Shown here piece by piece: positions 22,038 to 33,779 of a DNA stretch of 64,000 nt; position 1 is the first letter of the stretch; every line of letters begins with the position of its first letter. Origin of the DNA: an uncultured candidate division Zixibacteria bacterium. Its GTDB lineage: Bacteria; Zixibacteria; MSB-5A5; UBA10806. The stretch covers positions 352,001-416,000 of the forward strand of contig CAWDFP010000007.1 of NCBI GenBank assembly GCA_963801605.1, written 5' to 3'. The notes under the pieces are model-generated. The model saw nothing but the letters and a program-made list of their open reading frames with translations. It ran no database searches and was not told where the DNA came from. The position numbers and the translations under genes are program-made.

Positions 22038-25000
22038 TTATTGACCATTATCCATTCCTACGGCGTGATGGGGTGCAATCAAAGGCGCATCGAGTGGCAG
22101 CGGCGGACAATCCGCGCACGGATGGCAGGTCGGACCGCCTTTGAAATAGGCCACCATATAAGTCACATCGACACCGTTAAAATTGCAGGAAGCGTTGACA
22201 TCCCCTGCTACGAACCAGGTATTGCCGACGGTGCATTCGCAACTATACGGAGGCAACGCCCCGCCCTTGAAATATGCCACACTGTAAGTGACATCGAGAC
22301 CATTGAAGATGCCGGTGTTGTTGACATCGCCCATAAAATATTGACAGTTAGGCCCCGGTCCGGTAGTCACCCTAAAGAGAACCGGAACAATAATTAATGG
22401 TTGATCCGGATCATTTGAATTTACCCTGATCGTATCGTTATAAATTCCGGCGGCCCTGTGTCCATCGAATGTAACCAGAAGTGTATCACCCGAGGCAATT
22501 GGAACGCTGCCGGTATCCGGAGCGATCGTGAGCCAGTTATTGGTGCGATGTATCCCGAAATAGAGCGGTAAATTCCCGATGTTGTCGATATAAATGGAAT
22601 CGATCAAGTCATTGCCGATTTGAACACTCTTATTGAAAGATGCCGGAGAAATTCTGATATCGGGATCGGGTCCGGTCATTACCGTTAGAGAAATTGGGAT
22701 ATTCAGCAAAGGCCGATCGGGATCGTTGCTGTTTATACTGATATTTCCCGAATGGAATCCGGGCGCGAGACTGTGCAGCGCTTAATGTTATAGCTATGGA
22801 ATCTCTAAGGGTTGTGGGGACTGCTCCGGTATCGGGCACTATCGTTATCCAGGGGCTATTCGGATGCAAGCCATACTGAAGAGTTTGAGCTCCGAGGTTG
22901 CCTATGAAAATTGTATCCACAACGGAAAGATGTTCCTCGACAGTATCAACAATAGACTGATGCGAAAGGCGAATATTGGGCTCTGCTCCGGCACAGGGAA
23001 GGTATTCGATATCCAGGCGCATCATGTAATTCTCGTCGGTATCGGCGACCCAAACGGGCGGATTACCCTGGGTATTGCTGAATGAGTTGCCCAGCGGATT
23101 TTCAGGATCGCTGCCCGTGCATGGGAAGTAGAGTGAAGAATCCGGATATTTGACCACCATCCAAACGTCACCAAAATAATTATAAACGGGGACATCGGGA
23201 ATATCTATCGGAATAATAACCGGTACCAGGAACGTGCCAACATGCTCGACTGTCGCAAAAGCGTTTTGAATATCGGGCACTCCCCCGGCATCCGGGCAGA
23301 ACTTCACCCAATCATATTCGGCATATCCGTTTGGATCCTCCGAATAACGGGGCACGAATATATTTCCGCCAAGAATAGTAAAATCCTGATCCAGAGGGGT
23401 GTATCTCACAGCCAGCATCGAATTATTAAACGGCGACGCCACTAAACAATCATCGCTTAGAGTGTCATTGTCATCCTGAATATGTTCCACTATCGTTGAG
23501 GCGTAGAAATTGGATGATAGAGTATTATTGGCGGGGTTATCATCATGAAGCAGAGTCGTTGCCGTAACAGTAAAACTATCGGTCGGCACTCGCGTGAAGC
23601 GCGGAAAGGACAGGGCCTGTTCATCGCCGGGTTGAAGGCTAATACCCGTTAAGGTATTATCATAAACGACTCCCAGTGAATTTCCGGTGATAGTAACCTG
23701 GACATCAAACGTGGCGGGCCGAATGCCATAGTTTTTCACTCTAACTTCAACCGGCGACTCGCATCTTGTTCTGACAAAGCCGGTCGGAGCATCGATAGCA
23801 TGAACACCGGGATCAATTAGAGGAATATTGTAAATACTGAGATCATCGATCCACCAGTATTCCATGACATAATCCAGAGAATCCCAATTCGCTCCTGAAT
23901 TCTGCTCATAACGATAGGCCAGCCAGACATGGCTATTTCCGGCATAATAACTAAGATCAACGATCTGGGGATCTCCTGCAAATCCGTTAATTTGGTGATT
24001 AGCCGGCGTCTGAATCTCAAGGGGAGTGGCTGAAGCAGGATCGAAAAAAGTGCCTGTTGAGACATAGAGCGAATGCCTGAGGCCATTGGCAGCCCAATGG
24101 CTTTGATTTTCGTAATACTCCCAGCGCACACCGCTTGCGCCCGCTAGATTTATCGGAGGAAGAACTAACCAATCATCGGGGGCGCCGTAAGCGTCATAGC
24201 ACGCCTGAGCCGAAGTCACCGGACTGCGAGAATCGATTGTGCTGCCGGTCCAGGTGCTGGAATCGCCGCTTTGATCGATGACGCTCCATCCCACCGGGGG
24301 CCAGGTGCCTTCAAAATCCTGAGAAATCGGAAGCGATACGATACCAATTGATTTCACGTAGGAGCTCATTGAATTATTCTGAGGAACTTGATCCGTGGAA
24401 AGACCTGAAGTCACTACAAGAGTCAGACTATCGGCAACGGGAATATTCCAAGACGAAAAGATGGCCAGGCCGGTTGCCCCGGGAGCCAGAGACATTCCAA
24501 GAGTATCTTTAAAAACCGGCGTCCCGCCCGAATTAAGAATATCGAGATAGGCGTTGAAATTATCAGACATCAGGCCATTGTTTTGTAAAGTGGCTCTTAC
24601 AACTACGGCGCCTCCGACGATCGTTAATTTATAGGTGGGCTGATCGATGGACAATACGGCGATATCATGGTTAATAATGGGCGCGTAAAATTCAATCGCT
24701 TTACCGCTATAGAGCAGCATTTCGACGGGAAGACCATTGCATAGACAGGCCATACCATCGGTGGCATCTTTTTCAATCCCGACAGTTGCCCGCTGCCCCT
24801 GCCCATAATCCAGCGAATTAATGTAGTTATAAAGGTAAAGAATATTACCGTTAGCGTAGAGGATAGCTTCCATATCCATGGGGTCGCCATATTGGCCATA
24901 GATGCTGAATTTGTGCCATTGGATAACAACGTAATCGACCGTAGAGTCAAAATACCGATAATACAATCTGGAAGTATCCGCTCCGGAAGTATCCGCTGGA

Positions 25001-25377
25001 CGAAGATTCAGATCGTCCCAAAAGGGCGCAATCCAATTATCGGCAACCCCGGAATCAGGAACCGGGCAGTAATTGAATCGGGTGGGAGTTGCCTGCGCCA
25101 TGGTGATCAAACCGTTGGTATTTACATTGAATTGCGAATAGTTAACTCCGAAAAAAGGAAAGTTAAAGCCCAGATCAATAGGGCCAAACGAGGCATCATC
25201 GCCATTTCCCAGGCGGACGCCGGTTGAGGTAATATCGATGAAACTGAAAGTTGGGCCGTCGGGCTCCAGATTGTCTTTCCAGGTGTATCCGAAACTATCC
25301 GGGCCTCCTGAATTAGCTAAGGCGGAAACCGTGAACAACAGAAGGCAGATCACGCCCAATCCGATAAATTTTTTCAT
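22038..25377 (-). CDS. Large secreted multidomain protein (GGPD-GY/NIDO-like domain, CARDB/adhesin-like and BACON-like Ig domains) with a C-terminal dockerin (frameshift near 22770)
   Basis: Signal peptide; GGPDSFGYTWKD; NNSMS/NNTLS CARDB-like ends; dockerin GDVNNTGIFNGLDVTY...GDVNASCNFNGVDVTY. Confidence 0.8.
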
Positions 25378-25657
25378 GTCTCGCATCTCCTTTATATGGC
25401 TTTGCATTATAATCTACTTTCGGGTCTTGCGATCAAGTAGATCTAATGCAAGGCGCCTGCTTTCCCAAAGTCGTTGTCTTGCTCTAAAATAATGTCCTGA
25501 CCTGTTGTTGAGCCGAACCTCCCAATTAAAGGATTATCTTCCGGAATCAGCGGTCGATTCCTGTCATCGATCATTTATCAAATATCAACATCGCGAAGTT
25601 GGTTGGAGCAGTTGATTGCTCCCGGAATCAGAAGACCGTTTCCGCAATAAACTAATC

Positions 25658-27895
25658 CTATTTAAGAAAGATCATTTTGCCGGAAGTAACTTTTTCATTC
25701 GAAATAATTCGGTAAAAGTAAATCCCACCGGCCAATTGACGGCCTACCTTATCCCTGCCATCCCAGACAACTTTGTTCAATCCCTGATGAGCAAAACCAT
25801 TATAAAGCTCCAATACCTTTCTGCCTGTAATATCAAATATATCGAGAGTTGTTTTACCGGCTGACGGTAATGTAAATTCGATTGTCGTAGATGAATTAAA
25901 TGGATTCGGGTAATTGCCGGCGATAATAATATCTTCCGGTAATTCCGGATTAGCATCATCAGCCGCATCGATATGATTATCTAAGAGTAGAATGTGCAAA
26001 CCGTTCATTCTGTCGGCGACATAGATCGTATCGCCCCTGGTGATTATATGATGAGGATCGATGGTATCATAATATCCCACCTGGACCGGATGTGCGGGAT
26101 CGGCGATATCGTATGCCACTACCTGGTCATCGAAAAGAACGATAGCGAAATCGCCGAGGCTGTCGCTTACAAATCCAATATCAACACAATCAGCGTAAGT
26201 TGCAATGCTGGCAACCTCGAAAGGATTGGCTGGATCGCTGACATTATCTATTCGCAGTCCGTTGGCATTATCGGCGACATAAGCAAATCCATTGTGGTAT
26301 CTGGCGGCAAATGTCTGACCATCGGTATCTAATCCTCCAACTATCACGGGAGAATTTTCGTTGCTGATGTTCAATATGCGAAGGCCGGTATTCATGGTCC
26401 CCAGATACAAGTAATTGCCGGATAAATCCATTCCATATCCGGAATGCCAGTTACCCTCGAAATTATTGATAAGGCCAATTTCGCTCGGCGTTCTAACATC
26501 GAGGACTTTCAAAGTCGGGCCGGTATTGATATAAGCGACATCGTTTCGCACTTGATGGCCGCGCGGACCGGAGCTTAAGAGATAAACACCCTGCGAATCA
26601 GGTTGGGCGGGATTGGTAAGACCGTAGATTCGAAAATCGTTCTGGCCGCCATTGATATCGGAGTAATCAACGACATATAGTTGATTCCCGACAATCGAAA
26701 TCCCCTCCCCTACACCCTGATAAGCGCCATTTTGGAAATTGAATTGTTTCCTGTAGACCGGTTTGGGAGCGTTGATATTTTGAAGATCAATTACTCTGAT
26801 GCCCGCCGGTTGTTCGACCATATAAGCGTAGCGACCTGATACGGCAATATCCTGGCATTCGCTATAGGTAGCGATATTGCCGAGCAACTGCGGAAAGGCG
26901 ATATTGGCGGCATTCAGAAGCCAGAGGCCTTCCTCCCCGCCGCATAGATAAATCTTGTTACCGCTGTACGAAATATTCTTTCCATAGCCGTTGTGCCAGG
27001 CGCCGATTAATCTGGGGTTGGTCGGCGTGGCTACATTCGCGATGAAAAGGCCGCCATCCTCTATTGCGGCAAAAACGTAATTGCCGCTCAGATCGATCCT
27101 ATCAAAAGGATAGGTGGTCACCAGATCACCGACCACTTGCGGTACCGCTGGATTAGTGATATTGATTACCTTGAGTCCACCACCCTCGGAATCCAGAGCG
27201 TAAGCTAAATAGGCGTAGTTTCCATTGATCTTAGTATCATACACCCAAACACCGGGAGCATCGACATTCGAAAGCTGAACCGGCGTGCCGGGATCGGTGA
27301 CATCGACAAAATAAAGGCCGCCATAACCGCAGGCAACAGCGGCGATACTGTCCTGCACATCAACACCGAGAGCGGCCTGGTTGACAGGGAATGTCGATGT
27401 CTGAAAGGGACTCTCTGGATCGGAGATATCGACGATGACGAATCCGCCATCAACATCAGCAATATAAGCGTAGAAATCGACAATCGAAATGCCGATTGCC
27501 TCGCTGGGAAGCTGCAGATGAGATACGATAGTTACGTTTGACGGCGTCGAAATGTCGGCGATAATCATTCCTTGTGTACCGCAGGCTATATAGGCGAGAT
27601 TTGCGATAACTACAATTTCCTCCAACTGGCCTTTGAGAGCAAGCTGGCCAAGAAGAACCGGGGCGGCAGGAGTAGTCAGATCATAAATTTGAAGAACGTT
27701 GCCGGAGCCGAGATAGCAGATGTTGCCGACCTCAAAAGTTGAATTGGCCGGACCGGGCAGAGCGCGGCCCAATACTTTGAAACCATAATCGTCTTGAGCA
27801 TAAGCGACGGAGCTAATGCAGCTAAGAATTACAAAACAGAATAGCCACCATCTACGCACCCTGAAATCTCCTCCGAAATCAAACCGATTCATCAC
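25658..27895 (-). CDS. LVIVD-repeat protein with a T9SS-type/FlgD C-terminal domain
   Basis: Many YAYIA..GLxIxDISxPxxP repeats; NYPNPFNSSTTI...WDGRD...GIYFYRI. Confidence 0.85.
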   Translation of the reverse strand: MMNRFDFGGDFRVRRWWLFCFVILSCISSVAYAQDDYGFKVLGRALPGPANSTFEVGNICYLGSGNVLQIYDLTTPAAPVLLGQLALKGQLEEIVVIANLAYIACGTQGMIIADISTPSNVTIVSHLQLPSEAIGISIVDFYAYIADVDGGFVIVDISDPESPFQTSTFPVNQAALGVDVQDSIAAVACGYGGLYFVDVTDPGTPVQLSNVDAPGVWVYDTKINGNYAYLAYALDSEGGGLKVINITNPAVPQVVGDLVTTYPFDRIDLSGNYVFAAIEDGGLFIANVATPTNPRLIGAWHNGYGKNISYSGNKIYLCGGEEGLWLLNAANIAFPQLLGNIATYSECQDIAVSGRYAYMVEQPAGIRVIDLQNINAPKPVYRKQFNFQNGAYQGVGEGISIVGNQLYVVDYSDINGGQNDFRIYGLTNPAQPDSQGVYLLSSGPRGHQVRNDVAYINTGPTLKVLDVRTPSEIGLINNFEGNWHSGYGMDLSGNYLYLGTMNTGLRILNISNENSPVIVGGLDTDGQTFAARYHNGFAYVADNANGLRIDNVSDPANPFEVASIATYADCVDIGFVSDSLGDFAIVLFDDQVVAYDIADPAHPVQVGYYDTIDPHHIITRGDTIYVADRMNGLHILLLDNHIDAADDANPELPEDIIIAGNYPNPFNSSTTIEFTLPSAGKTTLDIFDITGRKVLELYNGFAHQGLNKVVWDGRDKVGRQLAGGIYFYRIISNEKVTSGKMIFLK

Positions 27896-27913
27896 CTAAA
27901 TAACCAAAATATT

Positions 27914-28777
27914 TTATGGCCGCTCTTTATCTCCGGAATGAACAGCGACCGCTTGCGGTTTTATCATGCTATGGTAATCACGGCCTCGTTCCCAGAGGGT
28001 CTCAAAGAGGATCGTGAGGCTGCTGGCCAGAGCGTGATGCTCGATTACCAGCGATGTTTGTCTGCTGGTAGTCTTGTGGTAATCTTCCATAGCGAAAATA
28101 ACTTTAAGCTCATCGACAATAACCATTTTAAGCGGTAGTTTATCAATGATGCGGGCCTTCTCACCCTCGCGGGCCGAGCGCAGAATCTGGCCGAGCATCC
28201 ACTCTTTCTCCTCGGGGCTCTCGGGGATTTCATAGAGGGCTCGAATCTCGATCTGACGTTTGGAGGCCTCGATAGATTCATCGTTTTGCTTTTCAAGTTC
28301 GCGCTTGGGATTGGAGAAAGGCGGTTTGACAAAAACCAGAATCTCCTGTTGGGCGCCGGTGACAAGTTCCATGACGCGCCGAGAGACCTGTTTGGGATCG
28401 CGCAGAAGTTCGATATAATCGAGCGGATCGTTATTGGAGATACCTTTTTCGAATTCGGATTTGAGAGCGTTAGAAACGGCGGATGCGATTCGCTCTTTGA
28501 TGACGAATTCCGCTTTCTGATGTTCAAGCAAACGCTGCATGGCGATCTCGGGAGCGACCGCCTGATATTTTTTCTCTCGTCCGAGAAGCTCTACACAGAG
28601 ACCACTGCGGGCCAGACGATCGAGGATATCGTAGATACGGGTGCGAGGCACACCGGAGAGCTTGGATAATTCTGAGGCAGACGATGATTGTTTACGAAGC
28701 ATCGCCAGATAAGCTTTGGATTCGTATTCGGTGAGGCCGAGCGAGAGAAGCTGACGAAAAGGTTCATCGGTTTTCAT
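27914..28777 (-). CDS. TrmB family transcriptional regulator
   Basis: LGLTEYESKAYLAML...SGVPRTRIYDIL wHTH; C-terminal PLD-like effector domain (LPLKMVIVD). Confidence 0.9.
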   Translation of the reverse strand: MKTDEPFRQLLSLGLTEYESKAYLAMLRKQSSSASELSKLSGVPRTRIYDILDRLARSGLCVELLGREKKYQAVAPEIAMQRLLEHQKAEFVIKERIASAVSNALKSEFEKGISNNDPLDYIELLRDPKQVSRRVMELVTGAQQEILVFVKPPFSNPKRELEKQNDESIEASKRQIEIRALYEIPESPEEKEWMLGQILRSAREGEKARIIDKLPLKMVIVDELKVIFAMEDYHKTTSRQTSLVIEHHALASSLTILFETLWERGRDYHSMIKPQAVAVHSGDKERP

Positions 28778-28800
28778 TAGAAGGTCCTGAGTTGAGTTGA

Positions 28801-28853
28801 CACCACTATCAGTGACAACAGCATGAAAATATAAGATTTATAATATTTGTCAA
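28801..28853 (-). promoter_or_regulatory. Sigma70-type promoter with a putative TrmB operator
   Basis: TTGACA at 28853-28848; TGTCAC-N5-GTGGTG at 28817-28801. Confidence 0.5.
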
Positions 28854-28967
28854 GATATTATTGAGAGGAAATTTATGATATTTTTAGCGTTAAAAGGATG
28901 ATATAATCGTTAAAATGCTGAGTTCAGACGCTGACTGATAAGATGTTATATATTATCGTATTGCGGG

Positions 28968-30514
28968 CTATTTCAAATAAATTAGTTTAAGTGTTTTAAA
29001 ATTTGTGGCGCTGCCTGCTTTGGCGAAATAGATGCCACTGAGTTACCTCTTCTCCGTTGGCATCGGTGGCATCCCATATTATTTTACCGTGCCTCCTGCC
29101 CATCAAATTAAATGCTCTTAATCAACTTCCCCTGAATGTCATAAATTACAATTTCACCTCCTTTTTCAAATTGGATTAACTAATTAATACACGATGAATT
29201 GAAAGGGTTGGGATAAGCGGAGAAGGAAACTATCTGGAGTAATCTGGTTCATCTTCGGCTTCTAATAGCATCCGCGATTCAGCGTTTATAGTAAATATCA
29301 TCCGCCATTAAGCTATCGGGGTTACAACGGTCATCATCCCAGACTATATGGATTTTCCCATTATGAAGGCTATAACAGGAGATCCGTGAAACCCTTAGCG
29401 TAAGTCAGCCCTCTCAGCACCTCCAGGCTTGACACCGAAATCTGCTACTTAGAAGAAACTATCTCAGCATATAATCCAATTAGCCAAAATCGGATATCAT
29501 CCCAAACCGTACGAATGGTATCATCCGCCAAGCCAATATTGAGGATAAGCTGTCTTATGATTAGTAGTGACTTGATTTCATCTGTGCCCAAGTATAGTCC
29601 CCCGATCTGTAGTAGCTCTTATGAATATGTCACCCAGAAAATGCGGGAGTGAATATTTGCTGTCTAACCAGCATACTAGCGGGATTACCTGATCTCATTT
29701 GCGTATACCAGGCAATGCAGAGGCTGATTGATCAATTGGAGCTATGGGAGATAGTGCCAGATCTAGCCGACCAGCTGTGCCTGCGTCAGTGCTTATAAAC
29801 CTCCCATAGTATCGTCCGCAACTAAAATCTGCCCGCTCACCTGTACCAGATGAACATAAATTGCCTCTTGCAATATTTCATTCTGGGCAAGCGTTTCAGA
29901 TATGTCTGCGTACGCCAATGTCACTTGGCAGTCGCTCCAGGTAGTGCCTAAATTGGAGGAATCATTATGTTAAAGGGTAGCTGTAGTACCGGTGAGTCTA
30001 GCGAATGGCTGTATGACCAGAAATAATGGAATCTCCCTTAAGGCCGTGAAAAATATGACAATGATTGCGCCTATCGGTTGAGACATAAGATGGCGTGCAC
30101 CAGGTTAGATTCCTCACCTGTTGAAGACTTTAATAGCCCACGTTAGTTCTACCCAGTTTATCGGGTATCGCTATCATACCAGACCGACCAAAAGCCTCTG
30201 ATTTATCGCATTAGGTTTAGAGATAGGTTATTAGCCACGATGGCCAGTATCGCGTAAGATCCATAATGTTATGGCTCCAGGTCATGCCCGCCATCGGTGC
30301 TTCTAATATAAGACGATGCGCATTCGCCCAGCCAATTCATGACCAGACCACATGCACCGTATCGTTTCTGGGCAATTACTTGGGGGCTATCTCATAGCCC
30401 CTGTAGAGTGAGGCGCATGTCTTCTGACCAGCCGGCATGGGCGGTATTGTTTGCCAATAAGCAGAGCAGCGCGCAGAGCGAAAAGAGGCGGATTAGAAGA
30501 GGTTTGGTTTGCAT
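28968..30514 (-). pseudogene. Heavily frameshifted secreted BNR-repeat protein with a T9SS-type CTD
   Basis: Signal peptide then GWSEDMRLT, DTVHVVW and YIRSTDGG in shifting frames; ends IWDATDANGEEV..SGIYFAKA...KLIYLK*. Confidence 0.7.
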
Positions 30515-30520
30515 AATATA

Positions 30521-30807
30521 AATCCAGGTTGTCGGGTTTCTTACTTGGTCAGGGACCTCGCTCGGAAACCGACTTACGATGGCTGTGCTCATGCTTACCT
30601 CATCCAAGGGATTCGGAAAGCATGCCACCCGGGTTAATATGTATATAACAGAATTATAGAAAGACGCAACGCATTATCTGAAGGGGCAGACCGGGGGGTC
30701 TGCTGGCCAGATTAATAAAAATCCAGGTTGTCGGGTTTCTCACTCGGCCTAAGGCCTCGTTCGGAACCCGACCTACGGGATCGGAAAGCATGCCACCCGG
30801 GTTAATG
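30521..30807 (-). repeat. Tandem pair of divergent family-1 REP units with shared flanks
   Basis: ATCCAGGTTGTCGGGTTTCT...GAC(C/T)TACG and TCGGAAAGCATGCCACCCGGGTTAAT each occur twice. Confidence 0.7.
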
Positions 30808-30817
30808 AAAAATCGAA

Positions 30818-31441
30818 TTAGAACGGGAGGTGGGTGTAGATATCGCCAATGAAAAGTTGTTCGAATTCCTCGAGGGCGGCAATGCTCTGGGGATCGTCAG
30901 ATGCCACGAAACGGACAAACGCCTTGTCGGTCGGGCGAAGAGTCAGAGAGCTAATCATGGTATTGAGCTTGAGCATGTAATCGTTGGCGGTTTCGCCGTA
31001 ACGGGTGATGTACCAGTAGTCCATGACGGCGCGAGACTGGCCCATCGAAAGTCTCATGCGGTGAGCCTTGATGTTTCGTCCGGCGGCCTCGATAGGATGC
31101 GGTTTGGAATCATCGATGACCCATCCGGAGCCGGGCAGGCAGTTACGCGGCGAATGAATGGCGCCAGTGGTATTCTCAGGCGAAAAGTAATCGATAAAAA
31201 GCTGAACTCGTCTCCCCGATTGATTACTGTAGGTGGCCGAGAAAAGATTATCAGGACTGAGTAATTCCCGAATATCAACGGAGACGTTATCGGATTGACC
31301 TACCCAGCCGTTGGCGGCGAGCGGGAGTTGTTCGACAAGAACTTTCCGTCCCACGGGGGCGCGATAATATTTCAGCACGGTGCAGGCCGCGAAAGTAAAA
31401 ATGAGTATCGCCAGGATCGCTATGAACGATTTCTTTTCCAT
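30818..31441 (-). CDS. epsI: EpsI family protein (exosortase-associated)
   Basis: HSPRNCLPGSGW and DYWY motifs; overlaps the exosortase 3' end. Confidence 0.9.
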   Translation of the reverse strand: MEKKSFIAILAILIFTFAACTVLKYYRAPVGRKVLVEQLPLAANGWVGQSDNVSVDIRELLSPDNLFSATYSNQSGRRVQLFIDYFSPENTTGAIHSPRNCLPGSGWVIDDSKPHPIEAAGRNIKAHRMRLSMGQSRAVMDYWYITRYGETANDYMLKLNTMISSLTLRPTDKAFVRFVASDDPQSIAALEEFEQLFIGDIYTHLPF

Positions 31442-32278
31442 CTCAATAGACCCGCTAAAATTGACATAAGAATTAACGCTAATACAAAGACCAGTATCCC
31501 GGAGAGTTCATGCAGGAAACTTGCGGCCATTTTCGGGCTGATGGCATAAGCTCCGACTCCGGTAAATACCAAACGGAATATATTAACGACGATCGCGATC
31601 GGGATTGCCGACAGAAAGAGAATGATTGGCCTGATTCTGCCGGGCAATGTCAGATTGCCAAAAAGCGCACCAAGCGCCAGCAAGGTGGCCAGGCTTCGCA
31701 AGGCCGCTGCAAGCCTCGGTAACCTCCAACTGATAAGCCGGTAAAAGAATAATATTACCCTCGCGATTAGAGGGCACTCCGATATAATGCAAAACGACGT
31801 TGGTAATCTTGGTGGCAAAAAGCTGCATCGGCAGCGTAGCGGCATAGTAGATGGTGGCCGGAATCGGAATCATAAATAGCAGGAAGAAAAAGGCAAACCA
31901 GATCTTTTTGAAATTCGCGGCGCCGAGGTAATATAACGCGAGTCCGCTGAGACATACCACCAGCGAAAATCTGGTGGTAAAGAATTCGGTGGCGGCAGTT
32001 CCGAAAATCAGCCCGAAACATCCGAGGATAAGAAGAACCAATCCGGATCGGCTGGGCGCGGCCGGGAAAACAAGCTCGCTTTTTCGGCGATAAATCAGAT
32101 AGATCGAAATCGGGATAACCAGGAAGCCATGCGAGTAGTTGCCGTCATGAAGCCAATCACCCAGAAGTCCGATGAATACGGGAATGTTTAGAAGCACCAG
32201 AGCAGCCATAAGGATATAAGGCATGAGATGCCGCTTTAGGTGAGCGCTGAAGGAATGTCCGGTGATTCGATCTCCCAT
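31420..32278 (-). CDS. xrt: Exosortase (frameshift near 31699)
   Basis: YSHGFLV, LLFMIPIP, REGNII, catalytic EACSGL|RS, NIFR and HELSG motifs. Confidence 0.9.
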
Positions 32279-32469
32279 ATAAATGTAATCGGCGTTGTCG
32301 CGGGACTCTACACAATTGGGGTCAATAATATAATCCAATGGCTAAAAATACAACCGGCATCTGAGGTTCAAACCAATAAATGATGGTCTTTTATGAGGCG
32401 TATTTGATCGTGCCAAATAGGAATCATGGACAAGTAAAATCGGATAAGTTGCAATATATTTCATATATT

Positions 32470-32594
32470 CGTAATAATTTTACAGGGAATCCATAAAGCA
32501 ATTATTAGCGGCGGCGGTTGATGAATCGTAACTTATTGAATAATAATCGATTATCATATTTTTTAAGCATGTAATTAGGTGGCATTGTTATTGC
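32470..32594 (+). promoter_or_regulatory. Sigma54 promoter (32580-32594) with an upstream enhancer-like palindrome (32470-32484)
   Basis: TGGCATTGTTATTGC gives GG-N10-GC; CGTAA-N5-TTACA lies about 100 bp upstream. Confidence 0.7.
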
Positions 32595-32659
32595 TTAGAT
32601 ATAGGAGGGATACTTAGGGATAATAGTGTTTGTAGATAGAAATTCCAAAGGAGTTTTCG

Positions 32660-33478
32660 ATGAGACACACTTTAGCACTGGCAGTAATAATCGTCCTATT
32701 CACGGCTTCCTTCGCAGGAGCGAATCCACCTCCCGGGGGATATCTTCTAAACAACTATTTTGGCGTAAATTTGTCTGTTAATTCCAATGGATTTTTCAAT
32801 ATGCCATGGACACCGACTCGCGGCGCATCCATGCATGCCGACTGGGGTTCAGATGGCGATCAATATGCGCCGGATCCGGGTCCGCAGTATTATCTTTCAG
32901 AAGCTTTCGATATTGAAGGGATGTATCTCGATGTCGATTGGAATAGCGAACAGATCGTATATTCGATTGTAACATCGATGCCCAGCGCCGGATTCGGCCA
33001 GGTTTCCTGGTATCCGGGCTATATCTTCAGAGCGGGTGACATCAGATTTCAGGTTGGCGGCAACACTTATGTAGTAGGCACTCACGAAAGCTTTTACAGC
33101 AACCTGTATCTCAATCCCACAATGACCTATCGCGACGGCCATCGCGGCTTTGCAGAGCGCGGCAATCCGACGTTAGGCAATATTAATCTCGGGAACGAGC
33201 GGGCCAGGTCGAATGCCTATGCATTCAATTATTACGAATATTTCGACTCTAACAATCACTCAATAATTGAAAATGGCTATAGGACTTATGTCATGGAAGG
33301 CAGATTATCGTTTTCCGATATAGGCGGAGCTCCTACCTCCCCGGTGAATATGACCCTGGGAATGAGCTGTAATAATGATATAGCCACAGTGACGAGCGTA
33401 CCGGAACCGGGTACATTAGCATTGATGGGACTGGGGTTAATTGGAATCATCGGCGGTCGTCGTCGTTTCAAAAAATAG
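32660..33478 (+). CDS. PEP-CTERM sorting-domain protein
   Basis: Signal peptide; C-terminal VPEPGTLALMGLGLIGIIGGRRRFKK. Confidence 0.95.
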   Translation: MRHTLALAVIIVLFTASFAGANPPPGGYLLNNYFGVNLSVNSNGFFNMPWTPTRGASMHADWGSDGDQYAPDPGPQYYLSEAFDIEGMYLDVDWNSEQIVYSIVTSMPSAGFGQVSWYPGYIFRAGDIRFQVGGNTYVVGTHESFYSNLYLNPTMTYRDGHRGFAERGNPTLGNINLGNERARSNAYAFNYYEYFDSNNHSIIENGYRTYVMEGRLSFSDIGGAPTSPVNMTLGMSCNNDIATVTSVPEPGTLALMGLGLIGIIGGRRRFKK

Positions 33479-33498
33479 TGCGATTATCATAAGATTTC

Positions 33499-33531
33499 AA
33501 AGGGCTGTTTCTATATGAAACGGCCCTTTTT
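33499..33531 (+). terminator. Intrinsic terminator
   Basis: AAAGGGCTGTTTC...GAAACGGCCCTTTTT. Confidence 0.8.
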
Positions 33532-33779
33532 CATTGGCAATTTCGGGGCATATTTCCCCCTTGCCATGATCCAATGTAAGTGGAAATCGCCATTAATCTG
33601 CGGGCGCGGGAATCTTAATTCGCTGACTTTTAACACTTAAAATTAATATATCGATTATAGGCCGGAATTGGCAATCTCCGATGAAATATCGTTTTGTCCC
33701 ATTAACCCTTAAAGGAGACGGGAAATATACCGATAAAATACAAGGTTCTTAGGAGAAACTCTGATCGGAGGATATTCCC

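Noticed and set aside
30521..30807. Mini CRISPR array
   Set aside because: Only two imperfect units, which match the REP family; no cas genes
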